The notes beneath the pieces were generated by a model. The model was given only the letters and a program-made list of their open reading frames with translations. It made no database searches and had not been told where the DNA came from. Positions 9,055 through 19,911 of a stretch of 64,000 nucleotides of DNA are shown here, piece after piece. The first letter of the stretch is position 1. Every line of letters starts with the position of its first letter. Made by a program: the position numbers and the translations under genes. This DNA comes from Oscillospiraceae bacterium (GTDB taxonomy: Bacteria > Bacillota > Clostridia > UMGS1810), in assembly GCA_015069015.1 (NCBI GenBank), contig SVJK01000003.1:6452-70451 (forward strand). Direction: 5' to 3'.

Positions 9055-10497
9055 ATGAGTGACATATCTTCTCTTAACCCCAAAAGGGTATTTCACTATT
9101 TTGAAAAAATATCTCAAATTCCAAGGGGATCAGGAAATCAGGACGGCATCAGCGAATTTTGCGAGAATTTTGCCAAAGAACATTCTCTTGACTATTACCG
9201 TGACAGTGCAAATAATGTGATAATCTATAAAGAGGCATCTTCAGGATATGAAAATAGTGAACCTGTAGTTTTGCAGGGACATCTTGACATGGTTTGCCAA
9301 AAAACAACAGATTCCGATATTGATTTTGAAAAAGATTCACTAAAACTTTATGTTGATGGAGATTATCTGAGAGCAGAAGGCACAACCCTTGGTGCAGATG
9401 ACGGTATTGCAGTTGCTATGATACTTTCCATACTGGAGGATAAATCAATTCCACATCCGCCGATTGAAGCAGTATTTACAACCGATGAGGAAATCGGCAT
9501 GATTGGTGCCATGAAGCTTGATTTCTCAAAAATCAGCGGCAAAAAAATGGTAAATATTGATTCTGAAGAGGAAAACATCCTGACAGTTTCATGTGCAGGT
9601 GGAAGTGATTTTAAAATAACAATTCCCTGTGGCAGACAAGTAGTCCGGGGCAAACTTTTTAAAGTTACCATAAGGGGACTCAAAGGAGGTCACTCAGGAG
9701 TAATGATCAATGCAGGAAGAGTCAACGCTGACATTCTTGCAGGTAGAATTTTAAATCATATTACAGACAATTTTGATGTTTCACTTGTGAAAATTAACGG
9801 CGGAGACAAAGGTAATGCAATTCCTTTGTTTTGTGAATTTGAATTTGTGTGCGAAGATTTTGAAAATGTTTATGATAACTTGAGAAAGTATGCTGATTTG
9901 GTAACAGAGGAAATTTGTTTGAGAGAACCTGACGTTTCCATTGATATTTCAGAGTGTCAGATGTCTGAATATGAATGTGTGGACAAAGAAAGTTTTGAAA
10001 AACTTATAACATCCCTTTCTGTTTTACCAAACGGTGTTATGGAAATGAGTTCTTCAATAGAAAATCTTGTGGAGACCTCTCTTAATCTTGGTATACTCGA
10101 AACAAAAGAGAATCAGATTACGCTTCACTACACTCTCAGAAGTAACATTATGAGTGCATTGGAGTTTTTGGAAAAAAGACTTTTGAGGTTCACCAAAAGT
10201 TTTGGACTTGCCTCAGAAACCTTCGGCCATTATCCGGCTTGGGAGTATTGCCATAATTCAAAAGTTCAGAAACTTTACAGCGAAATATATCGCCGGCATA
10301 CCGGGAAAGATATCAAAGTGTGTGCGATTCATGCAGGACTTGAATGCGGTGTTTTTGCATCAGGCATACAGGATTTTGATTGTATATCAATAGGTCCTGA
10401 TATTCATTCGATTCATACAACTGAGGAAAAACTGAGTATTTCTTCGACAAAACGTATATATGAGGTTATTTTGGATTTTCTTGAAAAGTCAAGATAA
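9055..10497 (+). CDS. pepD: Aminoacyl-histidine (Xaa-His) dipeptidase, M20 family
   Basis: 480 aa. Start FHYFEKISQIPRGSGN, GHLDMVCQK and TTDEEIGMIGA are typical of PepD. Confidence 0.9.
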   Translation: MSDISSLNPKRVFHYFEKISQIPRGSGNQDGISEFCENFAKEHSLDYYRDSANNVIIYKEASSGYENSEPVVLQGHLDMVCQKTTDSDIDFEKDSLKLYVDGDYLRAEGTTLGADDGIAVAMILSILEDKSIPHPPIEAVFTTDEEIGMIGAMKLDFSKISGKKMVNIDSEEENILTVSCAGGSDFKITIPCGRQVVRGKLFKVTIRGLKGGHSGVMINAGRVNADILAGRILNHITDNFDVSLVKINGGDKGNAIPLFCEFEFVCEDFENVYDNLRKYADLVTEEICLREPDVSIDISECQMSEYECVDKESFEKLITSLSVLPNGVMEMSSSIENLVETSLNLGILETKENQITLHYTLRSNIMSALEFLEKRLLRFTKSFGLASETFGHYPAWEYCHNSKVQKLYSEIYRRHTGKDIKVCAIHAGLECGVFASGIQDFDCISIGPDIHSIHTTEEKLSISSTKRIYEVILDFLEKSR

Positions 10498-10566
10498 TAA
10501 AACAGTATTTATTTTGCCTTAATAGGTAAGTATAAAGATAAATATTTAATAAGCAAAGGAGAAAAA

Positions 10567-12468
10567 ATGAGTAATAATCAATTCAAACCCTACATCCCTG
10601 CGGAAAAAGTTACCCCTGAGATAACTCTTACATCTGTCATAATTGGAATCATCCTTGCAGTAGTTTTTGGCGCTGCAAATGCATATCTTGGACTCAAAGT
10701 CGGTATGACGGTATCGGCATCCATTCCTGCTGCAGTTATTGCAATGGGAGTAATAAGAGTAATTATGCGCAAAAACTCTATTTTGGAAAGTAATGTGGTA
10801 CAGACAATCGGTTCTGCCGGTGAATCTGTTGCAGCAGGTGCAATTTTTACTTTGCCTGCACTGTTTTTATGGGCTTCAGAAGGAATCATGGAAAAACCCG
10901 GAATTGTAGAAATTACACTTATAGCCCTGATTGGCGGTCTGCTTGGTGTTTTCTTCATGGTACCTCTGAGAAATGCTTTGATCGTTAAAGAACACAGCGT
11001 TTTACCTTATCCTGAAGGTACAGCATGTGCTGAGGTTCTGCTTGCAGGAGAAAAGGGCGGAGCAAATGCAACAACTGTTTTTGCAGGTATGGGATTTGCA
11101 GCAGTTTTTAAATTCATAATAGATGGTTTAAAGGCAGTTCCGCATGAAATTGCCTTCAGAATAAAAGGCTTTGCCGGAGAGATAGGAACACAGATATATC
11201 CTGCCGTTATGAGTGTTGGATACATTTGCGGTCCCAGAATATCATCATATATGTTTTCAGGCGGAATTCTCAGTTGGCTTGTCCTTATTCCTCTCATAGT
11301 CCTTTTTGGAAAAGAAATCATTCTTTATCCGGGAACTGAAACAATAGGGGAGATGTATGCTTCAGACGGAGCGAGTGCAATTTGGGATTCATATATCCGC
11401 TATATAGGTGCAGGAGCTCTTGCTTGTGGTGGAATAATCAGTCTCATAAAATCTGTTCCTCTGATTTTTTCATCTTTCAGAGGTGCTATAAAAAGCATGA
11501 AATCCGCAACTGGCACATCCAATCTTCGTACGGATGAAGATTTAAGCATGAAAACAGTAATACTTTCTATTGTTATTCTCACAATTCTTGTTTGGCTTGT
11601 TCCTGCCATTCCCGTTTCACCTCTTGGTGCAGTTATTGTTGTTGTATTTGGATTTTTCTTTGCAACCGTTTCATCAAGAATGGTAGGCCTTGTTGGAAGC
11701 AGTAATAATCCTGTTTCAGGTATGGCAATTGCCACACTTCTTATTTCAACTTTAGTTCTTAAGTTTTCAGGAGATGCGGGTTCGCACGGAATGCAGGGCG
11801 CGATTGCAATAGGTTCAATCATTTGTATTATTTCCGCAATATCCGGCGATACATCGCAGGATCTGAAAACAGGATTTCTTCTTGGTGCAACTCCCAAAAA
11901 ACAACAAATAGGTGAAATTATCGGTGTTGTTGCATCAGCACTGGCAATTGGCGGAACATTGTATCTTTTCAACAGCGCATGGGGATTTGGCTCCGAACAA
12001 CTTCCGGCACCGCAGGCAACTCTTATGAAAATGATTATTGAAGGTGTTATGGATGCAGACCTTCCGTGGACACTTGTATTTATAGGAGTTTGCATTTCTA
12101 TAGTTGTTGAACTTGTCGGAGTACCTGTTCTTCCATTTGCAATAGGAATATACCTGCCGGTACATCTCAATGCCTGCATAATGGTTGGCGGTATTGTGCG
12201 CCTTTTCTATGACAAAATGAAAAAAGAAGAGTCTGTTAAAAAGGAAATCATCAACGATGGCATACTTTTCTGCTCGGGTATGATTGCAGGTGAAGGTGTG
12301 ATAGGAATTGTTTTGGCAGTTCTTGCTATATTAGGTGTAGATCAACTCATTGATATTTCAGGAATTCTTGGTATTCCCCAAACATATTCATCTATTCTCA
12401 GTCTTGTAGTATTCGGACTTATAATTCTAAGTCTTGTAAAATTCTCACTTTTGAAAAAAAGGAAGTAA
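10567..12468 (+). CDS. OPT-family oligopeptide transporter
   Basis: 633 aa polytopic membrane protein. N-terminus ..YIPAEKVTPEITLTSVIIGIILAVVFGAANAYLGLKVGMTVSASIPAAV is typical of bacterial OPT proteins. Confidence 0.85.
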   Translation: MSNNQFKPYIPAEKVTPEITLTSVIIGIILAVVFGAANAYLGLKVGMTVSASIPAAVIAMGVIRVIMRKNSILESNVVQTIGSAGESVAAGAIFTLPALFLWASEGIMEKPGIVEITLIALIGGLLGVFFMVPLRNALIVKEHSVLPYPEGTACAEVLLAGEKGGANATTVFAGMGFAAVFKFIIDGLKAVPHEIAFRIKGFAGEIGTQIYPAVMSVGYICGPRISSYMFSGGILSWLVLIPLIVLFGKEIILYPGTETIGEMYASDGASAIWDSYIRYIGAGALACGGIISLIKSVPLIFSSFRGAIKSMKSATGTSNLRTDEDLSMKTVILSIVILTILVWLVPAIPVSPLGAVIVVVFGFFFATVSSRMVGLVGSSNNPVSGMAIATLLISTLVLKFSGDAGSHGMQGAIAIGSIICIISAISGDTSQDLKTGFLLGATPKKQQIGEIIGVVASALAIGGTLYLFNSAWGFGSEQLPAPQATLMKMIIEGVMDADLPWTLVFIGVCISIVVELVGVPVLPFAIGIYLPVHLNACIMVGGIVRLFYDKMKKEESVKKEIINDGILFCSGMIAGEGVIGIVLAVLAILGVDQLIDISGILGIPQTYSSILSLVVFGLIILSLVKFSLLKKRK

Positions 12469-12474
12469 CAGGAA

Positions 12475-12822
12475 ATGAAAAAGGATAAAAGTCAGATAAA
12501 TTATCTTGAAAAAATGCCTTGCATACCCGAAAATTTACACTACACAGTATCGGATAAAGGCATTGTTACCCTTGAAGTTGAGAACAAAGGTGTTATGAAC
12601 AGAATTCTTCAGATGGTTTTAAAAAAGCCAAAAACAAGTTATGTTCACCTTGATGAATTCGGCAGTTTTGCATTTTTATGTGCAGATGGAAAACGGGACA
12701 TAGTGTCCATAGGAAAACTTGTTGAAGAAAAATTCGGTTCAGACGCAAATCCGTTATATGAAAGACTTGCAAAGTTTTTTCAGATTCTTGACAGTTATAA
12801 CTTTATTGGTTGGATTGAATAA
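12475..12822 (+). CDS. PqqD-family (RRE-like) small protein
   Basis: 115 aa. The C-terminal half (GKRDIVSIGKLVEEKFGSDANPLYERLAKFFQILDSYNFIGW) looks like the PqqD winged-helix peptide-binding fold. Starts 7 nt after the OPT gene. Confidence 0.5.
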   Translation: MKKDKSQINYLEKMPCIPENLHYTVSDKGIVTLEVENKGVMNRILQMVLKKPKTSYVHLDEFGSFAFLCADGKRDIVSIGKLVEEKFGSDANPLYERLAKFFQILDSYNFIGWIE

Positions 12823-12826
12823 GATA

Positions 12827-12878
12827 AAAAGGTTGTCTCAGGTATGATTATGTGCCGGAAGACAACCTTTTATTTTTT
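12827..12878 (+). terminator. Rho-independent terminator after the pepD-OPT-PqqD unit
   Basis: Stem aaaaggttgtct / agacaacctttt with a 21-nt loop, followed by tatttttt. Confidence 0.75.
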
Positions 12879-12899
12879 CAAAAAAATTTGATTAACCAA

Positions 12900-12928
12900 T
12901 TTACAAAGTAAACAAAATGTATTATAAT
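12900..12928 (+). promoter_or_regulatory. Sigma-A-type promoter for addBA
   Basis: TTTACA (12900-12905), 17-nt spacer, TATAAT (12923-12928). Confidence 0.5.
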
Positions 12929-12993
12929 ATATTATGAAGTAATTTGGAAAGATTTAATTTGTACAGATGAGTTTGGAAACAGGAGGGAGAAAA

Positions 12994-15900
12994 TTGTCAC
13001 TTCAGATAATAATGGGACGTGCCCATAGCGGAAAAACCCAATATATTCTTGACATGGCGAAGGATCTATATGAAACAGATCATCCGTTTATTATCGTTGT
13101 ACCTGAACAGTTTACCCACCTTGCAGAAAAAAGACTGATTGAAAAAATCGGATGCATTGAGTCCGGAAAAGCAGAAGTTTTATCCTTTGACCGCCTTGCG
13201 AGAAGGGTGGATTCTCTTTATCCATCTGATAAGCATCAACTCGATACAATCGGAAAAGCACTTATCATATCAGAAATACTTTCTGAAATCAAACTTGAAT
13301 ACTATAAATCTGCATCAAAACTTTCGGGATTTGTAAAGATTTGCAATGATGAAATTTCAGAACTTAAAAGTTATATGGTGAGTCCTGAAAGTTTAAAAAA
13401 TATAATAGATACAACAAGTGATAAATCTCTTTCAATCAAATTAAAAGATATATATGAAATATACAGTATGTATGAAGAGAGAATAAAGAACGTATATTCA
13501 GACTCTGATGATAAACTTTCTATATTAACCGATGCTTTGAAAAAGTTTATGCCATATAAAGATGTAACCTTTTTCTTTGATGAGTTTTCCTCTTTTAACC
13601 CCAGAGAAAGAGAGATTATATCTGCTCTTTCAGTTCAGGCAAAAATGCTTTATGTCTCTTTTTGTGCCGATATATCACCTGAATACAAATCATTGTTTAA
13701 ACCGACAATTGAAACAGCAGATTTGATTCGTAAAGTGTGTACAGAGGCAGGGTGTAAAACAGAGAAAGATGTACTTTTGACAAACTCATTCTATGAAAAC
13801 CGTGAAATGTGCATTCTTGAAAAGTATCTGTATGTTACTCCTGCAAAGACAGATCATGAGATACCGGAAAACATTAGTATAACAGTTGCTGAAAATCCCT
13901 ATGCAGAGGTTGAAACTGTTGCAAGAAAAATTATATCTTTAATTCAGGAAAAAGGCGTCAGATACAGAGATATCGGAATTGTGTGTTCTGACATATCATC
14001 ATATGACCATATAATACGCTCAGTATTTGATATGTATAAAATCCCGTACTTCATTGATGAAAAAGTGAGAGTCTTAGACCACGCAATCATAAGTTTTGTT
14101 ATTAACATTTTGGATGTTTATCTCAGATCTTACAAAAGCGACAGGGTAGTTGGCTTTTTAAAATCAGGATGCATCGGTGCAAAAAAAGATGATATATATG
14201 TTGCTGATAATTTCATCCTTGCTTCCAATGCATCAAAAAACACTTGGCTTGACGATGATAAATGGAAAAGAGCAACAAGTTTCTTTGCCGAGGGAGACAC
14301 AAAAAAAATAAAATCTCTTGAAAGAGTAAGAGATGGATGGATACTTCCCCTGGCAAAACTTCATGACAGTATAAAAGGACGTCATAGCGTAAAGTTTATA
14401 ACGGAAAAAATATATGCATATCTTCTTGACATAGGTTTTGACAAAACTGTTTCAGAATATATCAAACTTTTCAAATCTGATGGCAATATGTTTCTTGCCA
14501 AACAGTATGAAAGAGTTTGGGCAACCCTTATAGAAGCATTTGACTCTCTTGTGTATATACTTGGAGATACCCAGGTTAACCTCAGCGAATACAGAAAATA
14601 TCTTTATGATGCGTTTGATCAGCAAAAAACTGGAATAATTCCCACAACCCTTGACGAGATAATTGTCGGAGATATCAAACGAACAAAAAGCGGTGGTGCA
14701 AAATACCAGTTTGTTCTTGGTGCAGTTGACGGTTCTTTCCCGTCTGTTGCACCTGATAATGGAATAATCACCGATGAAGAGAAAAAGAAACTTTCCTCTC
14801 TCGGTGTTGAACTGACACCCGACAGAAATCAGCAGGCATATTTTGACAGATTTCTCATATATTCTGTTCTCACACATCCTGATAAATGTCTTATGATTTC
14901 ATACCCGGCATCAGATAATTCTTTCTCTTGCGTTCGGCCTGCTTTTGTAATATCCATTATTCAAAAGATGTTTCCTGCATTGAAAAAAGACGGCGGTGTT
15001 GTTGGTGATGCAGAAATATACACGGAAAATACAGCATTTGAAACTTTGATTTCATCTGCAGTCGCCAAAAATGACGATGATAACATATGGAAAGATATAT
15101 ACACATATTATCTTGAAAATGATGAAGAAAAACTATCGTACATAGACAGGCTCATTGACTGTAAAACCGAAGTTGATGTTATAGAACCTGAAATTATGCA
15201 AAGAATGTATTCTGATGAGTTTTATTCGACGGTTTCAAGGCTTCAGAGATATAATTCGTGCAGATATTCATATTATCTTGAATATATGCTTTCTTTGCAT
15301 GAAAAAAAGACATATGGTATAGAAAGCACTGATGTCGGAACACTTATTCATTCTATAATAGAAAATGCATTTGTCGAACTTTCAAAAGAAAACAAATCTA
15401 TGAAAGATGCTGATAATGACTTTTTTGTTAACCACATAAGAAAGCATCTTGATGAATATTTATCTGAAATTGAAAATAATGGCACAAACATCAGCATCAG
15501 AGAAGAATATTTTATAAAAAATCTTGAATCTTCATTGCTGAAATCACTTCAGGTTCTGAAACAACATCTTGTTGATTCAAAGTTTGTACCCCTTGGTCAC
15601 GAGATTACATTTGACGATAATTCCATTGGTTGCATTGAGTTTGAACTTGCAGGCGGAAAAAAAGTTAAAATAACAGGGAAAATAGACCGGGCAGACTATT
15701 TTGAAAACGAAAACGGAATATATTACAGAATAATCGACTATAAAAGCGGGACAAAATCCTTTAGTTTTACAGATGTGTTTTATGGTCTTGATGTGCAACT
15801 TCTCGTATATATGAATGCTCTTGTGAAAAAACAGGAAGGGGCTCATCCTGCCGGAGCATTATTTTTCAGAATTAAAGATCCGGTTGTGAATTCCAAAAGT

Positions 15901-16296
15901 CATGATAGTGACGAAAAGCATCTTTTGGATTCTCTGGCAGAGTTTAAGATGGATGGGGTAGTTTCTTCTGAGCCAAATGTACTGGAGGCGTTTTCAAAAA
16001 ATTCGTTCAAAACAACAAATAAAGTTTCAACATCTCAGATGAATATGCTTTGCGATTATGTTGATTCTGTTGTTAAAAACAGTGCTGAAAATATAATCAG
16101 CGGTCACATTGATATCAATCCATACATTCGCTCTGACGGTCGCAGTCCCTGCGGATACTGTAAATATAAAGAAATATGTGCAGTGGAGGATAAACCTGAA
16201 AAATCTTTTAGAAAAACAGAGAATCTATCTAATGTAAATGATGCATTTGAAAAAATTTCATCTTCTGTGGAATTCGGGGAGGTGCAAATTAAATGA
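12994..16296 (+). CDS. addB: ATP-dependent helicase/deoxyribonuclease subunit B
   Basis: GRAHSGKT Walker A, an IIDYKSG RecB-type nuclease motif, and a C-terminal Cys set (..NSCRYS.. and CGYCKYKEIC) matching the AddB Fe-S cluster. TTG 12994 lies 6 nt after AGGAGGG and gives an MSLQIIMGRAHSGKT N-terminus; the ORF-track start is 12967. Confidence 0.9.
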   Translation: MSLQIIMGRAHSGKTQYILDMAKDLYETDHPFIIVVPEQFTHLAEKRLIEKIGCIESGKAEVLSFDRLARRVDSLYPSDKHQLDTIGKALIISEILSEIKLEYYKSASKLSGFVKICNDEISELKSYMVSPESLKNIIDTTSDKSLSIKLKDIYEIYSMYEERIKNVYSDSDDKLSILTDALKKFMPYKDVTFFFDEFSSFNPREREIISALSVQAKMLYVSFCADISPEYKSLFKPTIETADLIRKVCTEAGCKTEKDVLLTNSFYENREMCILEKYLYVTPAKTDHEIPENISITVAENPYAEVETVARKIISLIQEKGVRYRDIGIVCSDISSYDHIIRSVFDMYKIPYFIDEKVRVLDHAIISFVINILDVYLRSYKSDRVVGFLKSGCIGAKKDDIYVADNFILASNASKNTWLDDDKWKRATSFFAEGDTKKIKSLERVRDGWILPLAKLHDSIKGRHSVKFITEKIYAYLLDIGFDKTVSEYIKLFKSDGNMFLAKQYERVWATLIEAFDSLVYILGDTQVNLSEYRKYLYDAFDQQKTGIIPTTLDEIIVGDIKRTKSGGAKYQFVLGAVDGSFPSVAPDNGIITDEEKKKLSSLGVELTPDRNQQAYFDRFLIYSVLTHPDKCLMISYPASDNSFSCVRPAFVISIIQKMFPALKKDGGVVGDAEIYTENTAFETLISSAVAKNDDDNIWKDIYTYYLENDEEKLSYIDRLIDCKTEVDVIEPEIMQRMYSDEFYSTVSRLQRYNSCRYSYYLEYMLSLHEKKTYGIESTDVGTLIHSIIENAFVELSKENKSMKDADNDFFVNHIRKHLDEYLSEIENNGTNISIREEYFIKNLESSLLKSLQVLKQHLVDSKFVPLGHEITFDDNSIGCIEFELAGGKKVKITGKIDRADYFENENGIYYRIIDYKSGTKSFSFTDVFYGLDVQLLVYMNALVKKQEGAHPAGALFFRIKDPVVNSKSHDSDEKHLLDSLAEFKMDGVVSSEPNVLEAFSKNSFKTTNKVSTSQMNMLCDYVDSVVKNSAENIISGHIDINPYIRSDGRSPCGYCKYKEICAVEDKPEKSFRKTENLSNVNDAFEKISSSVEFGEVQIK

Positions 16297-19200
16297 ACTG
16301 GACAAAAGAACAGAGTTATGCCATAAATATGCCTGTATCAGATATTATTGTTTCTGCAGCAGCAGGATCGGGTAAAACGGCAGTTATGGCAGAAAGAATT
16401 CTTAAGAGACTGACCGAGGAAAATTGCGTAGACATAGACAAAATACTTGTTGTGACATACACACAGGCTGCCGCTTCTGAAATAAGAGAGCGCATAATGA
16501 AAAAAATTGTTGAAAAAATGGATGAGGATGGTGACGGGAAAAGACTTTCGGAACAACTTTTGAAACTTCCGTATGCTCACATTTCAACAATTCACGGCTT
16601 TTGTCTTGATCTTATAAAAAAGTATTTTTATCTTCTTGATGTTGATCCGGGAGTGAAAATTGCAGATGAAACAATGGTTTCTGATTTGAAAAAGCAGTGT
16701 ATTGATAATGTTTTTACTAATCATTACACTCAAAATGATAAAGTTTTTCTCGACTTGATTTCTGAATATACAGACAGATATGATACTCCGGTTTCTGATG
16801 CAGTTATTAAACTTTATGATTTTTCAAGAACAATGCCGGAACCGTATGAGTGGATAAACGGGCTGCCCGGGCAGTACAGTTCGGAAAATACAGTTGCAAC
16901 AGAGTACATATCAAAGTGTGCCTCAATGGCAGGCAGAGTTGCCATTGATGAGTATATGCAGGCGATAAAACTATGTGACGGAAAAGAAGATTGCATAGTT
17001 TTAAAGAATTTTTTGGAAAAAGAACTTCAGGATGTTACATATGCAATAGAAAAAAAGAATTATAAAGAAATGTACGAGGCTCTTTCAACGTTAGAGTTTG
17101 CCAACTGGCGTCTTGCAAAAGGTGATAGTGTTGTGAGAGAAGAATGCAAGGTTCACAGAGAAAACGCCAAAAATATTATAAAAAAGAATCTTATGGAAAA
17201 ATATCTGGTGTATGCTCCCTGGGAGATAGAAAAAGATAATGCTCATGTCTTTGGATACATCGAAAAACTTGCCGAACTCACATTGGAGTTTTCAGATGAA
17301 TTATGGAATGCAAAAAAAGAAAACAATATTATTGATTTTTCCGATTTTGAGCATCTCACTCTAAAACTTTTGAAGAATCCCGATAACACTCCGACTGATG
17401 TTGCATATGCTGTGTCTGAATCTTTTGAAGAAATATATGTTGATGAATTTCAGGATTGTAATAATATACAAAACACAATTTTCAACTATATTTCAGGAGC
17501 AATACGCAACAAACCCAATGTGTTTTGTGTTGGAGATATGAAACAAAGCATTTACAGTTTCAGAGATTCAAATCCTCTGATTTTCCGCGATAAAACAGAA
17601 AAATATGAACTATATGACGGCGTTGAATGTAAAGGTGCAAACAAGATTTTGCTAAACTCCAACTTCAGAAGCAGAAAAACAATCCTTGAATTTGTCAACT
17701 CACTGTTTTCACAGATAATGAGCCGTGAATGTGGGGATGTAACATATGATAAGGAGGAAAGGCTGAACTATGGAGATGGCTATATTCATGTGAATGAAAA
17801 CACACTGTCTGTTGATATTGATTTGATAGATTCTTCAGATTCGTTTGATGATAATACATCGACGGATGTATGCAACGATAATGACACATCAGTATCAGAT
17901 GAAGAGATTTCCGATATTGAAGCAGAGGCAACACATGTTGCATCAAAAATTAAAAAAATGATTTCTGACGGATACAAATTATATGACAGCAAAGCAAAAT
18001 GCGAAAGGGCAGCACAATATAAGGATTTTGCAATTTTGATGAGAGGTATAAAAACAAGTGCACCCATCTTTGAAAAAGCTCTTTCCGATATGGGGATTCC
18101 TGCCTATTGTGATTCAGGCACTCCATATTTTGATGCTCCGGAAATAAAATTCTTGATTTCTTTTCTAAAAATGATAGATAATCCTGATGATGATATTTCT
18201 CTTGTTGCGGTTATGAAGAATCCTTTCTTTGGATTTGATGAGAATAAACTCCTTGAAATCAGGCTTTCAAACCGCAAACTATCATATTATGAGTGCATAA
18301 AAGAGTATTGCAAAAACCACAAAGGAAATCTTTGTGACAGGTTGAAAGCGTTTCTTGATACAATTGGTTCATACTATGAAAAATCAAGGTATATGGATGC
18401 CAATGAATTTTTAAGATATCTCATTGATGATGTCGGTTATTATGCATACCTTTCAACATTTTATGACAGCAAACTCAAAAAAGCAAATGTCAGATTTCTT
18501 CTTCACAAAGCCAAAGAATTTGAAACAGAGGGATTCAAGGGTATATATAACTTTGTTAATTATGTTGAGAACTATTTGGGCACAAATTCAAAGGAAAGTG
18601 CAAAAATTCTCAGCGAAAATGACAATGTTGTGAGGATAATGACAATTCATAAATCAAAAGGTCTTGAATTTCCCATTGTTTTTCTTTCCTGTACAGGGAA
18701 AAAATTCAATAAACAGGATGTGAATTCAAAATTTGTTTTTCACAAAGAATATGGTATAGGTGTAGATTCCGTATACAAGGATATTTCAGCCAGATTTAAG
18801 ACTGCAAATAAGATCGCATCAAGGCTTAAAATGTCATATGAACTGATATCGGAAGAACTCAGAGTGCTATATGTGGCATTAACAAGAGCCTCTGAAAAAC
18901 TCGTTATAACTGCGTCTGTAAGCAACGGACCACGTTTCTTGTCAGAATGTGAGAGTAGTGTTACAAATGAGCCGCTTCAGATTAACCCATATAAAATATA
19001 CTCATGCAACAACTTCATACAAATGATTCTTATGGGTGTTTCACGTTGCGAAGGTTATCCTGAACGCAAAAATGATAAACTGCTTGTATCAGGTGATTTC
19101 ACGGTTAATATGAGTCTTATTAATAAAAGGAGTATCGGAAGAAGCGCCAAAAGTGATGATGAATCATTATGGAAAGATATGTATGACGGTCCCACAGAGA

Positions 19201-19895
19201 ATTATGAAAAATTAAAAATGCGTCTTTCATATGAATACCCGCATTCAGATTCTTCTCTTTATCCGTCAAATATGACTGTAACAGAAGTTAAAAGACTCTA
19301 TTCAGAGTCAGAAGATTTCTACACACCCTTTGATGACGTTTCTCTTGAGTCTCCGAAATATTTTGGTAAAAAGCAGAAAGTTTTCGGAAAGAAACTGGGA
19401 ACTCTTATTCATCTTGTTATGGAAAAACTTGAATTTGACAAAATTTCAGATCTCAACTCTGTCGAAAATCAGATTAACCGCCTTGCGGATATTAATCTTA
19501 TAACTGAAGAGGAAAAGTCTGTGATAGTTCCTGAAAAAATATATAAATTTTTCCTTTCGGATATTGGCAAAGAAACGCAAAAGTATCATCATAGTCTGAA
19601 AAAAGAGTTTTCGTTCAAGTATCTTGAAAATGCTGGGAAAATTTTCAGGACGGATTTTGATGACAGAATAGTTGTTCAAGGGACAATTGATGCATTTTTT
19701 GAAGATGAAAATGGGGAAATAGTTATTATTGACTATAAGACAGATTCAGTTGCTGACGGTAATTGTGATTCCATAGTACAAAAATATAAGACACAGTTGG
19801 ACTATTATGCAACGGCACTTGAAAAAATATACAATAAAAAGATCAGAAGTAAAATTTTGTATCTTTTTGACATAGACAAAAGTATAACATTATAG
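16293..19895 (+). CDS. addA: ATP-dependent helicase/nuclease subunit A
   Basis: AAAGSGKT Walker A, UvrD/PcrA-type helicase motifs and a C-terminal IIDYKTD nuclease motif; 1200 aa. ATGA start/stop overlap with addB. Confidence 0.95.
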   Translation: MNWTKEQSYAINMPVSDIIVSAAAGSGKTAVMAERILKRLTEENCVDIDKILVVTYTQAAASEIRERIMKKIVEKMDEDGDGKRLSEQLLKLPYAHISTIHGFCLDLIKKYFYLLDVDPGVKIADETMVSDLKKQCIDNVFTNHYTQNDKVFLDLISEYTDRYDTPVSDAVIKLYDFSRTMPEPYEWINGLPGQYSSENTVATEYISKCASMAGRVAIDEYMQAIKLCDGKEDCIVLKNFLEKELQDVTYAIEKKNYKEMYEALSTLEFANWRLAKGDSVVREECKVHRENAKNIIKKNLMEKYLVYAPWEIEKDNAHVFGYIEKLAELTLEFSDELWNAKKENNIIDFSDFEHLTLKLLKNPDNTPTDVAYAVSESFEEIYVDEFQDCNNIQNTIFNYISGAIRNKPNVFCVGDMKQSIYSFRDSNPLIFRDKTEKYELYDGVECKGANKILLNSNFRSRKTILEFVNSLFSQIMSRECGDVTYDKEERLNYGDGYIHVNENTLSVDIDLIDSSDSFDDNTSTDVCNDNDTSVSDEEISDIEAEATHVASKIKKMISDGYKLYDSKAKCERAAQYKDFAILMRGIKTSAPIFEKALSDMGIPAYCDSGTPYFDAPEIKFLISFLKMIDNPDDDISLVAVMKNPFFGFDENKLLEIRLSNRKLSYYECIKEYCKNHKGNLCDRLKAFLDTIGSYYEKSRYMDANEFLRYLIDDVGYYAYLSTFYDSKLKKANVRFLLHKAKEFETEGFKGIYNFVNYVENYLGTNSKESAKILSENDNVVRIMTIHKSKGLEFPIVFLSCTGKKFNKQDVNSKFVFHKEYGIGVDSVYKDISARFKTANKIASRLKMSYELISEELRVLYVALTRASEKLVITASVSNGPRFLSECESSVTNEPLQINPYKIYSCNNFIQMILMGVSRCEGYPERKNDKLLVSGDFTVNMSLINKRSIGRSAKSDDESLWKDMYDGPTENYEKLKMRLSYEYPHSDSSLYPSNMTVTEVKRLYSESEDFYTPFDDVSLESPKYFGKKQKVFGKKLGTLIHLVMEKLEFDKISDLNSVENQINRLADINLITEEEKSVIVPEKIYKFFLSDIGKETQKYHHSLKKEFSFKYLENAGKIFRTDFDDRIVVQGTIDAFFEDENGEIVIIDYKTDSVADGNCDSIVQKYKTQLDYYATALEKIYNKKIRSKILYLFDIDKSITL

Positions 19896-19911
19896 TATTC
19901 AGGAGGATAAA

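Noticed and set aside
11400-12179. 259-aa minus-strand ORF inside the OPT transporter gene. Similar antisense ORFs occur at 10590-10958, 19962-20510, 25209-25655, 29540-30010, 34222-34608, 45781-46281, 47271-47681 and 48181-48657.
   Set aside because: All lie fully within strongly supported plus-strand genes, lack Shine-Dalgarno sequences, and translate to compositionally odd sequence. These are typical frame-shadow ORFs.
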